In this document: piece after piece, positions 1 to 14,200 of the stretch
How the letters are laid out: each line of letters begins with the position of its first letter
Numbering within the stretch: position 1 is the stretch's first letter
Source of the DNA: Octopus sinensis
Taxonomy: Eukaryota
Direction of reading: 5' to 3'
Length of the DNA: 64,000 nucleotides
Assembly: GCF_006345805.1 (NCBI RefSeq)
Contig: NC_043012.1
Location: 10,850,001-10,914,000 of the forward strand
Made by a program: the position numbers and the translations under genes
Notes under the pieces: generated by a model
Databases searched by the model: none
The model's input: only the letters and a program-made list of their open reading frames with translations
Told to the model about the DNA's origin: nothing

Positions 1-56
<56 letters not shown>

Positions 57-591
57 ATGTATGTATGCATGTGTGTATGTGCTTGTGTGTCTGTATTTGT
101 CCACCCCCCAACATCGCTTGACAACCTTAACTTAGCAGTTCAGCAAAAGAGACCGATAGAATAAGTGCTAGGCTTACAAAGAAAAAGTCCTGGGGTTGAT
201 TTGCTCGACTAAAGCGGTGCTCCAGCATGGCCACAGTCAAATGACAAAAGAGTAAAAGAGTAATTTATATATACACACATCAAAAACACACATATACACA
301 ACACACACACATACACATACAAACACACATGAATCTCTGTGTATGTTGTATATATAAGAAGGAAGGAAGGTTAGGCAGATAGCTACACAGACAGACACTG
401 AATAAACATATATATATATATATATATCATAATATATATATATAATATATATATATATGTATGTAGGTCCCGGGTTGATTCAGGGTTAACCACAGTAAAT
501 AGGTACTCAATACATTGCAGAGTTGAATTAATTTATTCTCTTGAATGAAACAGTTCTAGTCCTGTAGAAGCTCCTTCTATATAATAAATAT

Positions 592-662
<71 letters not shown>

Positions 663-677
663 TATATATATATAATA

Positions 678-719
<42 letters not shown>

Positions 720-1091
720 ATTGTGCACACGTACACACATGCAAACTAAATCCATAAAAAACTATTCTACTCACCATCTCTATCAAACTTATAAAGCAAT
801 TTAATATTTTCAGTGAAGAATATTTTCAAAAATATATATTTTAATACTTACATTTAGCTTGATTATTTTAGCTCAGCTTTTCAAGTTAATATTTTTTTTT
901 TTTTCGTGGGGGTTTTTAAGATATCAAAATATTACCAAATATTGGATATTATATTTCTAATTATACATAAATATACAGAGATACACACGTGAACACAAAC
1001 ATACACACACACACGTGTGTATGTATGTATACATATGTGTACATGTCTACGTATGTGTCTATATATTATATATATACACCACCACACATGT

Positions 1092-1129
<38 letters not shown>

Positions 1130-1160
1130 CACACACACACACACACACACACAATATATA

Positions 1161-1196
<36 letters not shown>

Positions 1197-1816
1197 CATA
1201 CAAACACACGTATAAGTGTGTGTGTGTGTCTATTCAAAGTCATGTATATCTATGTTTACTAACTGCCAACCCACATCATTAAACTTATAAAACAAGAGAG
1301 AAAAAAATATTTAAAAGTGTATACATCAATGCACACACATACACACACTTATATACACACACATATCTTCATATACACATGCAAACACACACACACACTA
1401 ACTTAAATATACATTCATATACATATATGCATATAATTATGCGTTCAGAAACACATAAACAAAAGTGTATATGTAACTTAAATATACATACATCAATCTA
1501 CATATATGTATATTCAAAAACTATACACATACATATACAAACATACATATATGTACGTATCATATATATTAAACACACAGGTCCACATATATCCCTATAT
1601 ACACTAAAAGAGCAGATTTCATTGGGTGGTGAATCTAGGGAAGCTTTTATGAATTATAATATTTTTAATATGAAAGAGAAAAGTTTCAATTAAGCATTAA
1701 AATCTACACAAACCAATATAAATCCATAGCAACATACAGAAGCATACACGCTTACAGACATAAATATACACATGCACACACATATATATACACACACACA
1801 TACATAGATGTGTGTG

Positions 1817-1851
<35 letters not shown>

Positions 1852-1925
1852 CACATACATAAATGGGTGTGTATGTATATATATACATATACACACACAT
1901 ATATACATACATATATGTATGTACA

Positions 1926-1961
<36 letters not shown>

Positions 1962-2054
1962 CATATACTGACACAAACATATATACATACATACACGTGT
2001 GTATGTATATATATATATACATGCATGTATATAGATATATAGGTGTATGTGTGT

Positions 2055-2089
<35 letters not shown>

Positions 2090-2115
2090 CACACACACAT
2101 ATATATATATATATC
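1..2115. repeat. Dense (AT)n/(AC)n microsatellite field
   Basis: Visible directly; source of the IY/HT/CV-repeat ORFs. Confidence 0.93.
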
Positions 2116-2740
2116 ATTTAATGTACACAGTGTAAAGATACAAGCTACTAACAGTTTCATGCACTGGATATGTGAGTCTAGTTAAGTTTTTATAGCAAAC
2201 CTAGAACTAACGAATGGACAGACAGACAGATAAACAAATCTAATAAAGAAGGTTATGAGGCAAGGCGAGGAGAAGATAAACAAACACATAAGAAAAAATG
2301 TGGAAGAAAAGCACAGAAACATGAAATGAAACAACAATGGAAGAATGTGTACAATGAAAATTCATTCAGTTGCTTAGTTCTGGCATAGATTAGGTAAATA
2401 TGTAGTAATGAGGCGTTGTTTTAATGTCAGATGCCTTCCCTGTCACTAACACTTAGCTGTTTTTCAAGAGGGTTTCTTAAAATGTGTGTGTGTGTGTGTG
2501 GTGTGAGACAGTGAGTGAAAATCCACAGGTAACTCTTGCAATCGCAACTCCTACCTACACTAGCCAGGATGCCTACCTGTTGCAAGATACTTGTTCTTAG
2601 GGCAGCAAACCAAAACAACATGAAATTAAGTTCCTTGCTAAGGGGACACAAAGCATGGGGCGACAATCCTGTCCAGGACAGTTAATTGGAGGCAGAAAGC
2701 TGGAAAACACAAAACAGCAGCCAAATCTCCCTCAAGTTAT

Positions 2741-3140
2741 TTTACTCTTTACTCTTTTACTTGTTTCAGTCATTTGACTGCAGCCATGCTGGAGCACCAC
2801 CTTTAGTCGAGCAAATCGACCCCGGGACTTATTCTTTGTAAACCCAGTACTTATTCTATCGGCCTCTTTTGCCGAACCGCTAAGTGACGTAAACACACCA
2901 GCATCGGTTGTCAAGCAATGTTGGGGAGACAAACACAGACACACAAACACACACATACATATATATATATATACATATATACGACAGGCTTCTTTCAGTT
3001 TCCATCTATCAAATCCACTCACAAGGCATTGGTTGGCCCGGGGCTATAGCAGAAGACACTTGCCCAAGATGCCACGCGGTGGGACTGAACCCGGAACCAT
3101 GTGGTTGGTTAGCAAGCTACTTACCACACAGCCACTCCTA
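2741..3140 (-). mobile_element. SINE family A (tRNA-like head, CORE-like ccttgggcaag segment, internal AT/GT microsatellite, aaaagag tail)
   Basis: Near-identical to copies at about 4815-5217(+), 14058-14450(-), 20658-21034(+), 39433-39797(+), 43031-43417(-), 50075-50435(+), 55057-55405(-), and a partial copy at about 100-262(+). Confidence 0.85.
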
Positions 3141-3189
3141 CGCCTATATTTTATCTATTTTTTTTGGATTTTGATGGTTTCATCAAGGG

Positions 3190-3560
3190 AAGGAAAGCTG
3201 CGACCATAAAGTTATTGCATGACCCTCAAAACTTCAAAGATATCAGGAGTTACCAAAGTAGGAAGCAATAAGAACGAGATATGAAATTGCTCTCAGACTG
3301 GTGACCCACTCTAAACCTTCACAATATGGCTGTCACCACTGAAGGCAGGCACCGACCAGGTGGCAGCATTAAAAGATTGCCTGAGATTCAGCCTATCGCA
3401 GAGGGAGAGGTTCTGTAGCAGTCGGATTGCTTTCAGTCTTCAAAAGCCGAAGACAACTTTCAATAAATGGTAAAACATTCCAATGCAGCCGTTCCAGAAG
3501 AGAAAACACTTTGGTGTTAATAAGAACAGGGAGAAAGACAGCCTCTAGTGTATGGACACA
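3190..3560 (-). mobile_element. Probable decayed LINE ORF2 remnant
   Basis: Unique-looking, higher-GC stretch resembling non-LTR post-RT sequence (LQNLSL.R); interrupted by stops. Confidence 0.35.
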
Positions 3561-4751
3561 CGGACACACACATTCGTGATTTTATCAAGAGAACATCATC
3601 ACCTCAACTAAACTAACAACTACAGAGGTTTGACATCTCCCTCCATTTCTCTTACACCAGCTATCTCTCCTCTCTCACACACACACTTCCTAATACATAC
3701 ACACACACACACACGCACACATACTTCCTAATACATTCACACACACACACATACTTCCTAATACATTCACACACACAAATGCATTAACGTAACCAAAGGG
3801 CAGTGACAAACATCACTGTACCCCTAACCAACAAGAGATCAATACTTTTAAGAGAACTCCTTAATAATAATAAATCATTTGAGAGAGAAGTGGGGGAGAG
3901 GAATGAAGGGGAGAAGCGCAATGGTCGAGGGGGCGGGGAGATATGAAGATGGGGGGGTGTTTGATTTCAGGGGGGAGCGGTAGGGTAGGAGAAATCAGTA
4001 ATTTTGAAAAGTGTGTTGGTGTGTACATGCTCACACACACACACACACACACACACATGCACACAGATCAGCATATTTGTTTATATTTGCTTATTATTTA
4101 TATGTCGTACCCATCCTCCACTCCAACCCCCACCCTCAATCTACCTCATCACTTCAGCAGCAGAAAGCGAAGTAAAAATCTGCATCGAAGTAAATGAATA
4201 ATAACAACAACAAAAAAAACAAAAAAAATTAAAATTAAAAAAATAAATATAATTTCATTCGAAAATGAAAGGAAATAGATAATAATAAATGGGAAAAGTA
4301 AAAAAAAAAAAAAATTTATAACAATATTAAATAATGATAATAAACAACAATAATGATGATGATTTTGTATATTTTAACACATTGATTTCTTATAAATAAT
4401 AATAATAATAATAAATTAATGTTCTATATTGTATTTCTGCATGAAATGAAAAAAAAGAAGTTAAAAACTAAAAAGGCAAAAAGGTAGAAAGAAACCCAAA
4501 AAGTTGCAAAATCTAAACAAACCCATGTAAAAGAGGGTGTGGGTTGAGTCGGGGGTGAGAGCCGAATTAAGGGGGGGGGTGCAGGGGTTTGTTTAGAAAA
4601 GGAGAAAAAAAGTAAAAGGCCATCTCTATTGGCCATGAGCCATGGTTAATAAACAGAGGGTTATTATGTGCAGCATGCGTGCGTGTGTGTGTGTGTGTGT
4701 GTTTACTGGGGCCTACACATACATAAACAATATGTATGTGTTTGTTAATGC

Positions 4752-4800
<49 letters not shown>

Positions 4801-4814
4801 TATACCATAGATGC

Positions 4815-4974
4815 AGGAGTGGCTGTGTGGTAAGTAGCTTGCTTACCAACCACATGGTTCCGGGTTCAGTCCCACAGTGTGGCACATTGGGCAAGTGTTT
4901 TCTACTATAGCCTCGGCCCGACCAAAGCCTTGCGAGTGGATTTGTAGACGGAAACTGAAAGAAAGCCCGTTGTA

Positions 4975-5023
<49 letters not shown>

Positions 5024-5217
5024 ATATGTTTGTCCCCCCCAACATCACTTGACAACCGATGGCGGTGTGTTTACGTCCCCATAACTTAGCGGTTAAGCAA
5101 AAGAGACCGATAGAATAAGTACTAGGCTTCCAAAGAATAAGTCCTGGGGCCGATTTGCTCGACTAAAGGCAGTGCTCCAGCATGGCCGCAGTCAAATGAC
5201 TGAAACAAGTAAAAGAG
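4815..5217 (+). mobile_element. SINE family A, full-length copy
   Basis: aggagtggctgtgtggtaag...ggttccgggttcagtccc head; ends gactgaaacaagtaaaagag. Confidence 0.87.
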
Positions 5218-5482
5218 AATACACATACACACGTGTACATACATACATATTTTTATTTATATATACAAACAAACATGCGTGTCTGCTAGGTTTCTTTCAG
5301 TTTCAATCTACTTGCAAGGCTTTGGTTGGCCCAGGACTATAACTAAACAAACACTTGCCCAAGATGCCTTGCAGCAGGACTGAACTTTGGACCTTATAGT
5401 TGGGAACTTAACCACACTGCTACGTTTTACATTTTATGTATGCATCTATGTATGTATCAGTCTATTTATATATTTGTGTGTG

Positions 5483-5537
<55 letters not shown>

Positions 5538-5897
5538 TAGCTTAAAGCTGCACTCTATGTGGACTTTTAAGATAGCTTCTGTGAAGGACTAATTGGGCTT
5601 GCAGCCCAAAACAAAAGAGAACAATAATAATAAAGCATTTATTGGTACCCTACTAATAAGGCATTACCCTACCAATGTGGTGTTACTTTAAATTCAGTTT
5701 AAATGAAAAACTTGTAAGTCCCCACAGTTAGCATATAACAAATCCTCGTCCAGCCCTGATCCCAATCCTGGATGTTCAAGAAACAAATGTAGGGCAGATT
5801 TTCAATCCCAGGATCATCCCAATTCCTAAAAGGTATAATATATCTATGTAGAACAAATGTAGACTAAGAGGTCCTGGACTGGCAGAATTTGCATTAT

Positions 5898-5966
<69 letters not shown>

Positions 5967-6260
5967 TTGCATACTTCTACATTTGGACAGATCTTTCCCT
6001 AGGCATCAACATTAACTTTCTTGCTCCTAAAACCTGAACGTTCTGAAAATGTAATTTTCCCAAATAAAGTGCATTTCATATTCAATGCTCTGGCGAAGCT
6101 ATAGGATGTTACCCAGAGACTCAACTAACGGTTCACTACATCTTATAGCAGAAACAGCTGTAAGCTTATGAAGTCCATTACATAATCTTTGTTTTTTCTA
6201 GTGTTATCACTTTGTTCCTATAAATACACACACATGTATGCATTTTATACAGCAACATAA

Positions 6261-6308
<48 letters not shown>

Positions 6309-6311
6309 CCT

Positions 6312-6530
6312 TCCAGCTTTTCAAAATGTGACCTCGTGTGTACCGTTGGCGATTTTTTTTCCTCTGTCTTCCCTTCTCTGGATCTTTCCTTCTCCTATGT
6401 TCCGACGAAGAGCTCCGCTCGAAACGTTAGACCTCCTTCTTCCCTTCCTTCCTGAGCGTCCAATAATACTATATTTGTTCCACGTCCTCGGTTTTGTTGT
6501 GTTTTTTGTGTTTTCTTGTTTGGATTAACT
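6312..6530 (+). mobile_element. Penelope-like terminal repeat fragment
   Basis: Contains ccgacgaagagctccgctcgaaacgtt, the GANGAAG...CGAAACG signature of Penelope-like termini, embedded between (AT)n tracts. Confidence 0.55.
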
Positions 6531-6534
6531 ATAT

Positions 6535-6578
<44 letters not shown>

Positions 6579-6963
6579 CATACATACACACACACACACA
6601 TATATATAAACACACAGAGACACCTAAACACATGAATATATGAGAGTCTGTATACAAGAGTACATATGAGTTTGTTGTAAAGAACAAGTCGACTACCAAG
6701 TTCAACCAGTTGACTCTACTCCGAGTATAGAATCCCATCAGGAAATGTTCTGTTAATATTCTTAAATGTTATTTAAAATAAAACACTTATTTCAAATACT
6801 TATAACACACACAAATGCAGGAATATATAACTGTGTATATGAATTTGTATAGATTTGTATATGAATAGCCAGCCATACATACATACATACATACAGAAGA
6901 AACATACATACACCTGTACACATTTAGAAACACGTGCTATTATGTATTGTAAGAACATGATTT

Positions 6964-6989
<26 letters not shown>

Positions 6990-7017
<28 letters not shown>

Positions 7018-7402
7018 CACACATATACATATATATATATATATAAAGTATGCATGTGTGAGTGTACATGTATGGAATGAAGCAGGAGGTGACAAAAAAA
7101 TTCAAGAGACGTACAAAGACTGACATTGCATATGTGTGTGTGTGTGTGTGAGTCTTTATGTGGATGTCTATGTGAGTGTGTATGTATATATGTATGATTA
7201 TCAGAAGAGCAAAAAAAAAAAAAATTCTAATTTAATGGAAAGGTCTTTAAAAAATATAAAGAATGATGATGATGATGATGATGATAATAATAATAATAAT
7301 AATAATGGCACTGTCATTTTCTATCACATTTTGGAAGAGTAATAGCAAGGTTACAAATCAGATATATACCGATGATTGATGATGAAGATGGTGAATAATA
7401 TA

Positions 7403-7440
<38 letters not shown>

Positions 7441-8075
7441 TTAGAAAAATATTTGTGTTCAGTTTCACCTCAAACATTTTGATGCTGAGGTAAAAAAATA
7501 AAATAAAATAAAATAAAAATTCTGATATCTATATTAAAATTGAGGGAGGAAAAAATTATATACATGTGCATACCTCTCGTACATGTAAGTATATATGTGT
7601 GTGTATATATATATACATATACACACTAATAAATGTGTGCATTTATATATATATATATATCTATATATATATATATTATATATATATATATATATATATG
7701 CACACACACATATACATATATATATATATATAAAGTATGCATGTGTGAGTGTACATGTATGGAATGAAGCAGGAGGTGACAAAAAAATTCAAGAGACGTA
7801 CAAAGACTGACATTGCATATGTGTGTGTGTGTGTGTGAGTCTTTATGTGGATGTCTATGTGAGTGTGTATGTATATATGTATGATTATCAGAAGAGCAAA
7901 AAAAAAAAAAATTCTAATTTAATGGAAAGGTCTTTAAAAAATATAAAGAATGATGATGATGATGATGATGATAATAATAATAATAATAATAATGGCACTG
8001 TCATTTTCTATCACATTTTGGAAGAGTAATAGCAAGGTTACAAATCAGATATACCGATGATGATGATGAAGATGG

Positions 8076-8129
<54 letters not shown>

Positions 8130-8370
8130 TTAGAAAAATATTTGTGTTCAGTTTCACCTCAAACATTTTTGATGCTGAGGTAAAAAAATAAAATAAAATA
8201 AAAATTCTGATATCTATATTAAAATTGAGGGAAGGAAAAAATTATATACATGTGCATACACTCTCGTACATGTAAGTATATATGTGTGTGTATATATATA
8301 TACATATACACACTAATAAATGTGTGCATTTATATATATATATATATCTATATATATATATATATATATG
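6990..8370. repeat. Tandem duplication of about 690 bp
   Basis: Identical 68-aa ORFs at 7136..7342 and 7823..8029 (offset 687); the whole block is repeated. Confidence 0.92.
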
Positions 8371-8930
8371 ACCCTAACATAATACAGTTCCATCAGCAAG
8401 CATAATGTTGTATGTAGACGTGTATGTGTATAGACCAGAGTGTGTATTATGTGCATGCTTGTTTATGAGTTTGTGTGTCGTTTAAAATGTGATAACACAA
8501 AGAAGAATAAAAAAAAAAACAGTAGGATTTTCATAATTCTACACAGATTTCTGTAAGAGCCACCAATATTTATAGAGGCACAAAACAGATCCATAAATGC
8601 ATGAAAAAAGAGACAAACACACACAGACACACACACACAAACATTTAAATATATCATCACACATACATACAAAGCATTCACATATATCACATGCACATAC
8701 ATACACACGCACATTCGGATATATCACGCATATGTATATACACACAAATACATAAACACAAACACGGAGATATCCCATATCAATACTAACATACAATAAC
8801 AAGCAAAACAAATCACAAATCACACAAACACAAGAACACAAACTCTAAAACACACACACACACGTACACATATACTCAAACATATACACAGCCATTACAT
8901 ACACATTTTTTTAATATATATATATATATA

Positions 8931-8978
8931 GAGATAGGTAGGTAGGTAGGTAGGTAGACAGACAGATAGATAGATAGG

Positions 8979-9013
<35 letters not shown>

Positions 9014-9066
9014 GTAGATAGATAGATAGATAAGTAGGTAGGTAGGTAGGTAGGTAGGTAGGTAGG

Positions 9067-9122
<56 letters not shown>

Positions 9123-9186
9123 TAGGTAGATAGATAGATAGATAGGTAGATAGATAGATAGATAGATAGATAGGTAGGTAGGTAGG

Positions 9187-9253
<67 letters not shown>

Positions 9254-9270
9254 GTAGATAGGTAGATAGG

Positions 9271-9301
<31 letters not shown>

Positions 9302-9325
9302 GTAGATAGGTAGATAGGTAGATAG

Positions 9326-9388
<63 letters not shown>

Positions 9389-9420
9389 GATAGATAGATA
9401 AAGATAGATAAATAGATCGA
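8931..9420. repeat. Compound tetranucleotide microsatellite (GATA)n/(GGTA)n/(GACA)n, about 490 bp
   Basis: Visible directly; source of the spurious IYLS ORFs at 8876-9452. Confidence 0.97.
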
Positions 9421-10280
9421 TGGACGGATGGATGGATAAATACACACATCAAATCAAATCAAGTACATGCTTTGCTGATGCTGGCAATTTAATTGCTCAT
9501 CATCATCAGCGCTGATCTCTCTCTCAGCTTTAATTTGTATCATTAACAACATACAGCATAAATTAGAAAAGTTCTGTTCATAAACCTGGAATAAAATGGT
9601 GATGGATCTCAGGATTTGGGTTTCAATGCACACCAAGACAACACTATATATATATATATTAAACAAGCATCTGTCATTAACAGTTTGTCATCCAAACACT
9701 TCTAAATAATTATTGGGTGATGTAAGACAGTGGAGTTGGCGGAATCGTTAGCATGTCGGACAAAACGATTAGTAGCATTTTGTCCGACTTCATATTCTCA
9801 TTTCAAATTCTGTCATGGTCAACTTTACCTTTCATCCTTTTAGGGTTGCTAGAATAAGTACCATTTGAACTTACTCCCTCCCCTGAAATTGCTGGCCTTG
9901 TGCCAAAATATGGAATCAATAATCATGGGTGATGCTAAACGACTTGCGTCGATTTGGGAACTGACAATCTCTCCAGGAAGCAACGCTACCGTTTCCGGCC
10001 CCAATCACAATTCTCCACCCACTACAATTAGCTGAGATTCAAGTAAAACCCTCAATAACCAGGTTTTGTTAAATGGTTTTGGTTTTTTTGAAACTGATAA
10101 TTTCTTGTAACATCACCACCACTACCAGCACATCCACCACCACCACCATAATTATTTCTACCACTTCTCCCGTTGACAAAATAGCTGTCTCATACACACA
10201 CACACACACAAACGAATGTTGTCCTTCCCAGTCAGTTTACTTGTGACCCAATAAAGCATCTTGTGCTGCCCTACTTTTAA

Positions 10281-10502
10281 CCCTTTAGTGTCCAGATTAC
10301 TCTGTTAAATGTAATACTTTTTTTCACTCAAATTGTTTTGAATTACTCATACATTATCTTACAGCTTTGAAGTTTCAATGGTGTGATAGTTTATTCTTAG
10401 AATGTCAATGTAGGTTAGGTGTGAGGGGCTAGATATGGCCAGTTTGAATGAAAAACATGTAGGATATTTGGGCCGGATATGGCCGGCTTAAACACCAAAG
10501 GA
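10281..10502. mobile_element. piggyBac-like MITE (TTAA TSD)
   Basis: ttaa|ccctttag ... caccaaagga|ttaa. Partial relatives ending gctaaagggttaa or similar lie at about 47990-48165, 55430-55582 and 57443-57520. Confidence 0.65.
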
Positions 10503-10993
10503 TTAAACTAACTGCTCCATATAGTATTTCTTTTACTGTACATCAAGCACTAACTTTAATTTCAGGCCTCTTGGGTCAAGGCTTCTGCTTCCATATTTGG
10601 CATTTTTCTCAAAATCTTTTACAGATTGAGTTATAAAAACAGGAGAGACCCCACGAATAGCCAGTTTTTGAACTCAAAAAAATAAACCCAGAAAAACAAT
10701 GATTCAGACCAAAACCTGTAAGGTATTTTAATTGACATTGTAACCACTTCAAGTCAGCCCCCTGTCAGGGATCTGGAGACAAGATCAGTAAATGTACCCT
10801 AAACCACTACTTTCCAATCAAAATATTAAGGACTTTGTTCCAGTTTAACGGTGTAAAGCAGATGATTTGAGGGTTTCCTTCATAAATATTTCATCTTGGC
10901 AATAAGCAGAAAGGAAGAAATAGTAATACACACACACAGACACACACACACACACAAAGAAAGCCAAAGCAAGGGAAACAAAGAGCCATTTAC

Positions 10994-11214
10994 CTGATAA
11001 GGTCATTGCCTCGGTTAAGGAAGGCATCTCCACTGCTGCTCATTCGTTCAACAGAGGCTTCGCTTGAGTTACTCAATGGATTGTTTTTGGCCAAACATGA
11101 CAGTATGGAAGAGATCAACTGCATCAAGCTAATGGAAAGAGAATCAGAAGGCAACTTGGTATTGGGTCCAGAGTTAGGTTTGTCTCCAGAAGAATGGTTG
11201 TCTGGAAGCAGATT
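10994..11214 (-). CDS. SCAPER: SCAPER exon 23 (NLLPDN...[15 protein letters not shown]...[13 protein letters not shown])
   Basis: ttttctag acceptor, gtaaat donor, 221 nt, phase 0 to 2. Not in the ORF track. Ends like vertebrate GDPFNNRVQDLIS. Confidence 0.92.
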
Positions 11215-14200
11215 CTAGAAAATAAAAGATCGTTATTATTATTATTATTATTTATACAGGAGGATGAGAGACAAAAAAAAAAAACAAATGATTTTTTAAA
11301 AACTGTTATTGTAGAATATGATATTCAAAATATTGATTTGTTTTCTGTTCAAACCAAATCAAGCAGACTTCTGTCATCAAAGCTATTCCATCCATGACCA
11401 TCTCATTGACTTCTGACATGCAGTGTAAATATGGCTGCATTATCCAATATGTCTTTTCTAAAATGACAGGATGTGACTCTGAGGGAACTTGGTTGCTATT
11501 TTTAACGAACTAAGCAGCAACCCAAAGGCTCTTCCATCAACTCAGTTAATTTATGATGAAGCAGAAATATATTTTTTTTTAGAGATGTTTGAAAGGAAAT
11601 TAGATAAAATGGATAGAGAGGCAAAGTCGATCCTTACCAAGGACTTGAACTCAAAATGCAATTCAGGAAAGTATTTTATCAATTTTATCAACTTACTGGA
11701 CTTCAACAGAAAATACTGTTGTTGCTATTTTATAAAAAGTAGACAAAGCAGAGGCAACCAGAATGAACATTTGGGCATCACACATTGCCATTCTGCTCAT
11801 TACTGCTTTGTATCATCATTATCATTAGATGTGTGTGGATGCTGATATCTATCAATGTCAAGCATCAGCACAGTTTCCATCTACCTACTCTACAGATAAG
11901 ACATTAATCAGCCTGAGGTTACAATAGAATGCACTTGCCCAAGGTGCAGCGCACACTGAGATAGAACCCACAACCACATAGTTACAAAAGCAAATTCTGT
12001 ATCTATCTACAGAACGATGCCTGCACCTAGGGTAGTCTTCTAACCTGGTTCTTACTTGAAATTTCTTTCTAAAGAGTCAGTGCTTTGATGACAACTGAGA
12101 TATTTACCTGTGGCTAATGAGGACAGCTAAGGATTGTGTTGTAGTTTTAACGATGATGATGAAAGGTCACACCAAGTAAAATCATCAAAGATTATGAGGC
12201 CTGGAAAGTGTAGCAATTTAGCTACCACTACTACTGATACTACTACAAGTTTCACTACAACTAAAAGCAGCACTGAAACACAAAGAAATATTCTACAGTT
12301 CTATAAACTTTGTGAGTTAACAAGGCTACCAATGGTTTCATGCGAAGATAGATATCTTCACAATTGTTCAAGCCTTGTTCACCCACAAAGAAAGAATATT
12401 TATTCACCAATGCAGTGTTGAGTACTCATTCTTATTGTTCGATATTTGCATACATTTTTATGAATATATATATACAAGTACATATAAATACTTACTGTTA
12501 ACTGATGTATGAGGAGGTCTACGAGAATACCAATCTTATTACTAAACAACATATAGTGACAGTTATCATAACATCCCTTGCACACCTGTCTGAACACAGA
12601 GCATGACAAAACCAAAGACCTGAAAAGAAATGAGAAAATACAATTTAGATTAAAGTTGAAATTTTCAGGTACAAAAAGTTAAATTCTGATATACGTAGAA
12701 AGTTGTTAGATTTACAATGAAGGAGTTACAATGTTGTCTGATGTCTCTTGGAATTTTCAAAAAAAGCCAATAGGTTGTGACTAAACTGGAGCACTGCCAT
12801 CAAGCAATCACCACAAACAATAAAATACCTACAAACAAAGATGATGTCTTAGCTAAATATCGGATCTTTTCGGTTTGACCGGCAGTTTTTTAAAATAATT
12901 TCCACGTAGCTAAACACTTTTAAACTTCGTATACTGGTAGAATGTGTTTATAAAAGATCTTTTTCTCTTGGCTTTATTGAGAAAATTCTATAGTTTGTAA
13001 GATATTTGTTGTTTTTTTTCTTCAATTTCTGCAATTTCAACCAATCAATGACGACTATTGAGTTGAAAACATTCTGTGCCGTATGGATATGTCCCTCGTT
13101 TAAGAAACAGCTTGGGTTTATTTACATTTGTGAAGAAAAAAAAGATACCCTTCCCCCACCCCTAAAACAGATTGACATGCAATAGATCGATACTAGGGTC
13201 ATAATTATGGGTGACAATTTCATATGACACTGCTAGAAAAAACTGCCGTTCAAACCGAAAAGATCCTAAATATCTCCTATGATCTCTTGGTTTAATTAAC
13301 ATCATTTTATGCTGGCACAAGTTTAAAGGAATGTTACAGAACTATTCAGTGGTGCTCTTTCTGTTGCCAACCCTTCTTTGCTTCCAAATAAGGCACCAAT
13401 TCCCTTCACCTTTCACATTCACCTGCTAGACACTGGATATATTTTTATGCCAGGTATAAACAACTACACAGATGCCAAAACAGTGACATTGTTTTGTACT
13501 AAAGTGTATTAACAAAGTCAAGACTGATGCCTGCATACATATACACTCACATACACATAGATGCATGCACACAAACACACACACAAACACGACAGGCCTC
13601 TGAACAGTTTCTATCTACCAAATTCCTTCACAAGGCAACACTCAGTTCAAGTCTACAGAAGGCACTTGCTAACATTGTCATGGGAATAAAACTGAAACCA
13701 CAGAAGAATCAGCCATTAAATGCTTGCATCTTTGTAAACATCTGATTAGCAATTGATAAAGAACAAACAACCAGATGGACGGTCAATCAGACACAGAGCG
13801 GATGTGAAAATGTCAGGATAAGCTTAGAACAGATAAGTACTGAATTAGTGGTCAGACTGACGTTGATCAGATTTTTAAATCACAACTTTTTAATCAGAGT
13901 AAAATAAATCCAGCAGAACAAGAGTTTGGCAATAAGAAATATATCCAACTGTAGAAACCTTGTCCTCCATGCCAACATGGACAGCAGATGTTAACCAATG
14001 ATGATGATGATAATGTGTGTGTATGCGTATATATATATTATATATATATATGTCTGTTACTCTCTTTTACTTGTTTCAGTCATTTGACTGCGGCCATGCT
14101 GGAGCACTGCCTTTAGTCGAGCAAATCGACCCCGGGACTTATTCTTTGTAAGCCCAGTACTTATTCTATCGGTCTCTTTTTGCCGAACCGCTAAGTGACA

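Noticed and set aside
533-9452. Many ORFs of 60-190 aa (IYIY, HTHT, CVCV, IYLS)
   Set aside because: Translations of di- and tetranucleotide microsatellites; no coding complexity
9454-9666. Candidate next SCAPER exon after exon 23
   Set aside because: The phase-2 translation shows no similarity to the expected YVVNMGLIDKL segment, and the acceptor would lie in (AT)n
11489-11845. 118-aa plus-strand ORF
   Set aside because: Starts in a decayed interspersed repeat, has no recognisable domain, and no splice context
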